64,000 nucleotides of DNA from Nitrospirales bacterium (GTDB lineage Bacteria; Nitrospirota; Nitrospiria; Nitrospirales; UBA8639). This document shows, one piece after another, positions 58,101 through 64,000 of this stretch (positions are counted from its first letter, which is position 1; each line of letters starts with the position of its first letter). The notes below the pieces were generated by a model. That model ran no database searches. It was not told where the DNA came from and saw only the letters and a list, made by a program, of their open reading frames with translations. Location: the NCBI GenBank assembly GCA_965203295.1, contig CBDBCZ010000009.1:296201-360200 (forward strand), given 5' to 3'. The position numbers were made by a program, and so were the translations under genes.

Positions 58101-61100
58101 TACACATTCTATTCTTACACATCAGGATCAGATACCTCTGTACAAGGTGCTAGAGAGGAAATTGGAAATACTGAATGAGTATGTGCAGGTGGGCATTACA
58201 AATATGCAGTTACTTTTCAGTGCATACGTACATGTACCTGGTGCTGTTCTTCTTTCATACATGTTACATGTTCTATTGCTCAGATTTCCAGTGAAATGAA
58301 AGGAGCCAGTATTAGTAATGGACAACAGATCTGTCATTCGGGCATCCATAATCTACTGGCTCGTTTCAGGTGATATTTCGCGATATTCAGTGATGCACTA
58401 GCGGGGGAGCTTCATCCCCAGCCCCCCAACTTCTAGTTCTGGGTAGAATATGGTTACACACAGGCTGATCTAAGACAAGTGTTATCAGGTATCCATGGTA
58501 TCTATGTGCTTCTTTACGGGGTTTATGTGGACGTATGTCGTGTATAGAGTTTTTTGGCAAGGCTAGTGTTGTTGTTGATCACTAAACTGATTTACTAAAC
58601 TGATACAGCAGCATTTAGTTTCATGTACCTGTGCAAATAGAGCAGTGGAGTCTGCATACATGTATGTATATGTGTGCATGTACTGCAGAAGGTACTTATA
58701 GTTGTCGTATAAGGTGACTGTATACATCACAGCACTTTACATTATATCTGCTCTAACTTTAGGGAGGAATTTGATGTCAAACATCGTCATTGGGGAGCAA
58801 TCATTCTCACAAATGCCGAGTACGTATATCTCTAGCTGTTACTAGCCTCGTTCCCAGGCTCTAGATCTACTGCCCAGCTTTTTTTTCACATATAGTAAGA
58901 GCCTGGGAACGAGGCTAATCTGATACTACCCTTGTATGTTACTTGCAATCCTAACACACTGCTACATGCATCATGTGCATACGTAGCATTGGGTAATCAG
59001 TATATACTACATGTTGTGGTATTGTTCATTTTACAGATCCTGGACGAAGCTTGGTCTTCCTATAAGTTGTAGTCTCATTGAAAAATCTCGACACTACTTG
59101 TGCTCTCTGGTGGTGAGGTTTGTGACTCTCACTTTGGAAGAAGCAGCAAACATCAGTGGAACCCTGGTGTCCATTAAGTCAGTCAGAGCAAGCCAGGTAC
59201 GTTGTGCTTACATGTACGTACCAGTACCAATACTATTAAAGTGTGTATATGAATATGGCCTTACCCCAGTATTCATGTTCACAATATAATACGTAGACAT
59301 AGACTCCTATTACATTACTAAATTCAAAAGCATGTACGTATACAGGGATGAAAAGAATGTCTAATTCCCTTTTGTGTAGGCAAAAGAAAAGCTGAAAGAT
59401 TCCCTAAGCCTCTTGCTGGATGCCGAGCCCTACTTTAGTACCGGTGGTACATGCGGTTCTGATCCTGATATCCTGGACTCTGATGCCTCTCACCAGCCAC
59501 TGCAGAATGACTACAGTCAACAACTAGTGCTGTCTCTAGCAATTGATGTATCCCTAGCACACATTAGGATCTCAATGGAGCAGTTTGAGGGAGATGTGTG
59601 TCAAGGTGCAAGACAGGTTGGTGTAGTTTGAGATTGCATGCAGCAACTGAAACTTCTGCTAGCTGGTGTGCACTAACACATGTTGGTGTGACCCTGTCTT
59701 GGGGTCCATGTACACTCATGTGCACTAACACATGTTGGTGTGACCCTGTCTTGGGGTATTGGTAAACATGTGCACATGTACATACAGCTAATTAAGGTGC
59801 TGGTGCAGGCCACAAATGGACTGTACTCAAGCTTGCTAACCCTATTTTCTCTAAGACTCACTGTGAAGGCAAAATGCCTGGGTATGAGCTAGGTTAGTTT
59901 CAAGGACATGTGGTAGTTGTGAAAATTACACTGTATTGAAAGTACATTCAACTCACCTGTACTTGTTTCCTTATGGCATACATACCATGTAGGTAGGTAT
60001 GCCATAAGGAAACAAGTACACATACCTACATAGTATGTATGTCATAAGGAAACAAGTACACCTGTGGGTTGAATGTACTTTCAATACAGTGTAATTTTGC
60101 ATGAACACTGCAACAGCAAACTAAAAATGGTAGATAGTGTAAAGTTTCTAAGGTGAGTGAGTTGTACAGTAGCCACATAAGAAATTTGCTGAGCACTTTA
60201 TGTACATTGATTAGGCAGTCAACTCAACAATATAAAATTCCACACACAATTAAGAGTGCCTGTATACAATTTTTTTATGTGCATGAACTGATAAGCAATT
60301 GTATGTATGTTCTGACTTACAGGAAGTTTGTGAACACTTTGAGTGTGTTCTGAAGATTCTAAATCTGCTAAAAACACTGGCATCAAAAGTATCAGACACA
60401 GAGACCGTCAGAAATTCAGGTCAGAATTTCTAATAAATATGGTGTAGGCACAACATTAATTAATTCAGTGTTTTTCATACGCAGGAGTTTTCAATTCACT
60501 GCAAAAAGCAGACCTTCTAAGCTCAGCTGTGTACAGCTCGTGTGTGAAGCTCATCCAACACATAGCAACCAGGGCTCAGATTCATGTGTCACAAGAAGAC
60601 AGCAAGGAAGGCTCCAACAGAGAGGTCAGTAATAATGGAAATTCGTAAGTAATCCTATAACATGCATAATATTATACTTATTTTGGTAACCAATATTCCC
60701 AATAAGTATCATCAACAAATTGATTGTTGAGACAGTGCTACAGCAGAACAATCAAGAACTGCAAAAGACGACATTTACTCACACCCCTTAATAATACTAG
60801 CATGTATGCCCATGCACACCTCTATTCTAGTCTTTCTTGGTCTGAGGGCAGTAGTAAATACTGACTGATAATTAAAATACTGTTGCCACAGTGCTACCAG
60901 TGACTATAGTATAAGATCAGGCAGAGTTTAATGTTTTAGCTATACTTCTCCACCTACATGTGTAGCTGTAATTATGACATACACACCTTTTGTTGGCTAG
61001 GTCGTCTTGTGGATGATGTTCGGCTGCAAATATGTAAACTCCACCCTCGAGGTATTGGGCTCGGAGGAGGCAGATGAAAGAGGTGTGCAAACGTTACTTT

Positions 61101-61141
61101 TAGACTTGCAGCAAATGGAAACTTTACTTCCAGATTTATAA
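52166..61141 (+). CDS. Uncharacterised multi-exon protein: basic/Ser-Pro-rich N-terminus, polyproline tract, helical C-terminus
   Basis: GT-AG exons in frame, e.g. 52166-52261, 54101-54353, ~54830-55005, 55136-55299, 55374-55738, 55881-56188 (PLPPPPPPIPTAPPTPHIPPPPPTP), several exons between 57778 and 60624, and last exon 61001-61141 ending ETLLPDL*. Some junctions uncertain. Confidence 0.7.
52483..52786. mobile_element. Non-autonomous AcademH-type element
   Basis: TAGTCT...AGACTA ends; perfect 9-bp TSD GTTAGCATG. Confidence 0.8.
56227..56941. mobile_element. Foldback MITE with ~300-bp TIRs, TTAA TSD and GG termini (Kolobok-like)
   Basis: TTAA|ggttacgggatactggcccgc ... gcgggccagtatcccgtaacc|TTAA; arms about 56227-56525 and 56641-56941. 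Confidence 0.8.
58843..58917. mobile_element. Short AcademH-type MITE
   Basis: tagcctcgttcccaggct / agcctgggaacgaggcta; 9-bp flanks match 7/9. Confidence 0.65.
59921..60098. repeat. Inverted-repeat (hairpin) element with internal duplication
   Basis: aaaattacactgtattgaaagtacattcaac / gttgaatgtactttcaatacagtgtaatttt. Confidence 0.65.
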
Positions 61142-61649
61142 TTTAAACTACAAATGTATCAGTTGGAGTTACATGTACCTGTATAACCTGTACATGTACA
61201 CTTTTAGAACTGTGAGTATACAGCAGTTTTAATGGTTTGTGCAGTTTCTTTGTTTTATAGGTGTTTGTATAATATTATTGACATAAATACCATACTGAGG
61301 ACCAAGGGATTACACAGTTAATTCATTAATTACACTACCTAAACAGGGATGATTAATCACAGATGAAAATTTTAGCGTCCAAAGGGTGCACAGCTCAAGT
61401 GGTTATTGACCAAGAACTGATTTTGACCCCCCCCCCCCCCCCCCCCCCCTGATGGATCTATTCTGCAGATTATACTGAGAGAAAGAGGCGGTCCCTATTA
61501 AAGCCATTAGCGTTTCGATCTCTCGGGGAAGGAGCTTCAGTAGTCGCGGGCCAGACTATCAAACCATGGATTCTATATATCGCTCATAAGCTTTAATAGA
61601 AAGTCTGGTTCGCGAGTCTTAGAGCGGTCTTCTTGTCGATGGTCTTGAC

Positions 61650-61740
61650 TAGTCTCGTTCCCAGACCCTCCACACAAGCCCCGTCGAAAATTAGGGACTT
61701 TTTTTATGGGGCATGTGTGGAGGGTCTGGGAACGAGACTA
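61650..61740. mobile_element. 91-bp AcademH-type MITE
   Basis: Long TIR tagtctcgttcccagaccctccacaca; perfect 9-bp TSD GGTCTTGAC. Confidence 0.85.
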
Positions 61741-62699
61741 GGTCTTGACGGCTACCTCGCTCGGCTCGGCTTCACGGCAACGTGTAAGGTAAAGCGGGGT
61801 AATTCTGACATAATTTTAACCGCGGGGGTAATTCCGACACTGGAGTGTAGTTCCAGTTTCATAAAAGTTAAAAAGCTAAAAACCGCTATGCATATAGCTG
61901 TCCTATTGAGCTATACTGAATCAAAAAAATCATCGCCTAACTCCACAGTACGCTGGAGATATAAGCGCAACTGTCGGAATTACCCCGCCGTTGGAATAGC
62001 CCCAGCCCCGCCTTGCCTTACCACACGTACACACCCACGGAGCCCGGGGCGTGTGTGGTGGGCAGGGATTCGGTGCGGAGGCGGAGTTTAGTTTCTATTT
62101 GGTGCTCACTCAAAGGAAGCAAGATCAGGGGAATATAGTATCTCTGGCAAGATGCCACTCCCGAGGTGCTTCTTCAGTATCACAATCAATGGCGTTCCCT
62201 GTGAGTTTTCCGGTATATTACGAAGTTTATGTTAAAGGGAGATTCTCAGTTGGCTAGTAGCCATCTTGAGATTCTTATTCATTGGAATAAGGATACGTAA
62301 ACCTCCAGTTTTTATTGCAATGTTGAAACTAGTAGGAGGATCCACACGTATCTCTTCCATTGGTCCCTCTCTTACATATTAATTACTGTACGCTGCTAGT
62401 GTTTGACCAGTTACGAGCCACGCTGCATGTGTTTGTGTCTCGCCCTTGCTCGGCAGTGCTCATGACAGACCAGAGGGAGAAGGCATCACAGATACATGTG
62501 TATAGCAGCTGGGATTGTACTAGTCTTGTTCCCAGACCCTCAGGCATAGTTGTACGTAGAGCGAGCTAAGCGAGTGGGAGGGTCTGGGCAAATAACTTAC
62601 CTGGGAGTGTAGCAGGGACTGGAAGGCAAATGTGAGCATTGATGAGGGGAAACCACTTACTGTCAAGTAAGAGTGGTTAGTGTAACGTGTGGTATGTTG

Positions 62700-64000
62700 T
62701 GAAATATGGAGTTTTCTTTTGAAGTTATCACACATGCTGTGACGTGGGCTAAGCCACAAAAAAACGCTGGGTTGAACAAGTTCAAGGTCGAGCAAAGAAA
62801 GGTTTTTTTTGTGGCACTACCAACTGGCTTTGGTGAGTGGTTTTGCTATGCTTTGTACATCACTCGCAGTGTTCAACCACCTTCGTTCAAGCAATGAAGC
62901 GTCGATTGTAATATGTGTATCGCCACTAACTGCTCTAATGATGGAACAGAGAGCCAAGTTCACGGTGCGTGGAATACCTCTTTCTTCAAATTAAGGTCCT
63001 CGCCAAATTTTCCCACTATACAGTATAACCAGGCATATAAGATCGAACAGCCACTAGCGCTTACGTATTAACCGTAACCAACACATTGCAAACTCTTCAA
63101 GAGATGATAAGCTTTCTGAGAGAGTAAAGAAATCCCCCCCCAAAAAAACGGGACCCAGCTGGGGATTGAACCCAGGACCTTCTGAATGCTAGTCAGATGC
63201 TCTTACTAATTGAGCTACTTGAGCCCCTTGGCAACATCAAGGCCTAGGGAAATACTGTACATACTCCGTAGCTAAAATAGTGTCTATATTAACAGCCCCT
63301 TACAACCCATCATGCACCAATCATACCTGCTTTGTTGCATGACCAGCCTTCAACTCTAGTGAGATGACACTCTGGATGAGGTTCACCTTGTCATTCCTTT
63401 TTTTCAAAAGAATACAGGCACATAGCACACGGCAGGTATGACATCCTCGCGTTCACACTTAGAAGCTTGTAAGAGGGCCACGAGTGTTGGTGGATTCCGT
63501 TGTAGTTTGGCCCACACTGTCTCCCACGTAAAGTGCTCCAGTGCTGTTTTGATTTCAGCCGGAGGATGGAGTCATGGGCACACCTGCTTTATTTCAGCTC
63601 TAACTGTCCCATGTCAGATTGCAGTGACAAGTTCAGGCCACAAAATGTTTTGCTTATACATGTAGCTGTCGTTGCGATGGATTGCCGATTTCCACGTACG
63701 ACATGCCTCCCTAGCTTTTTCAGTGGCAAGTCAAATGGAAGTAGCTTGGCCTCTTTTTGTAGCCTACCACTACTTGCATGCGCCACTCAAATAGAAGAGC
63801 TGATCGCCTCATGCAAAATCCAGAGTAATTAGGCTATGCAAATGAGTTTGTAATTTAATTCATACTTACCGTCACTGCTGGTGATCTTTTATCCTCGGCC
63901 ACCTGGAAAAAAAAACAGCCTCCTACAAAGCGGGGCGTTTTGTAGCAACCTGCCATCTTGGTCTCTTGGCCTGTGTTCCGAGTGCCTAAAGCTGAACTCC
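62700..64000. mobile_element. Degenerate AcademH relic: RecQ fragment (+) convergent with transposase N-terminal fragment (-)
   Basis: + FVALPTGFG..IVICVSPLTALMMEQ at 62800-62990; - LKKLGRHVVRGNRQS..LIQSVISL..AGHATKQV, homologous to the ORF at 32579-33115. Confidence 0.7.
63150..63227 (-). repeat. tRNA(Ala, AGC)-derived SINE head or tRNA pseudogene
   Basis: A box TAGCTCAATTAG, anticodon arm tctga-ctAGCat-tcaga, B box GGTTCAATCC, followed by a T7 run; acceptor stem non-canonical. Confidence 0.6.

Noticed and set aside
59668..59756. CRISPR-like repeat-spacer
   Set aside because: Only two 37-bp direct copies in a eukaryotic intron; a simple tandem duplication with no cas genes.

Overview
This is eukaryotic, intron-rich animal DNA. 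The repeat content and intron style suggest a marine invertebrate, possibly a demosponge, but that cannot be confirmed here. The backbone is the 3' part of POLR1B (RPA2, RNA polymerase I second-largest subunit): 18 exons on + from 4800 to 50796. An uncharacterised multi-exon polyproline gene follows (52166-61141). The POLR1B introns are packed with transposons. The intron upstream of 4800 holds an ORF-intact Ngaro/DIRS tyrosine-recombinase retrotransposon. An 11.4-kb intron holds a spliced transposase with a RAG1-type N-terminus (CND, RING, zinc finger A), a truncated Gypsy element and a piggyBac relic. A 23.5-kb intron holds a nest resolvable by target-site duplications (TSDs): LINE > P element > AcademX > (AcademH with RecQ helicase; second P element), plus a Gypsy inserted in the outer P element's terminal inverted repeat (TIR). 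The most notable signal is that both P-superfamily elements are two-gene elements. Their transposase stops just after the catalytic glutamate, and a separate convergent gene encodes what looks like the missing P/THAP9 C-terminal domain. All family calls come from motif recognition by eye, not database searches.
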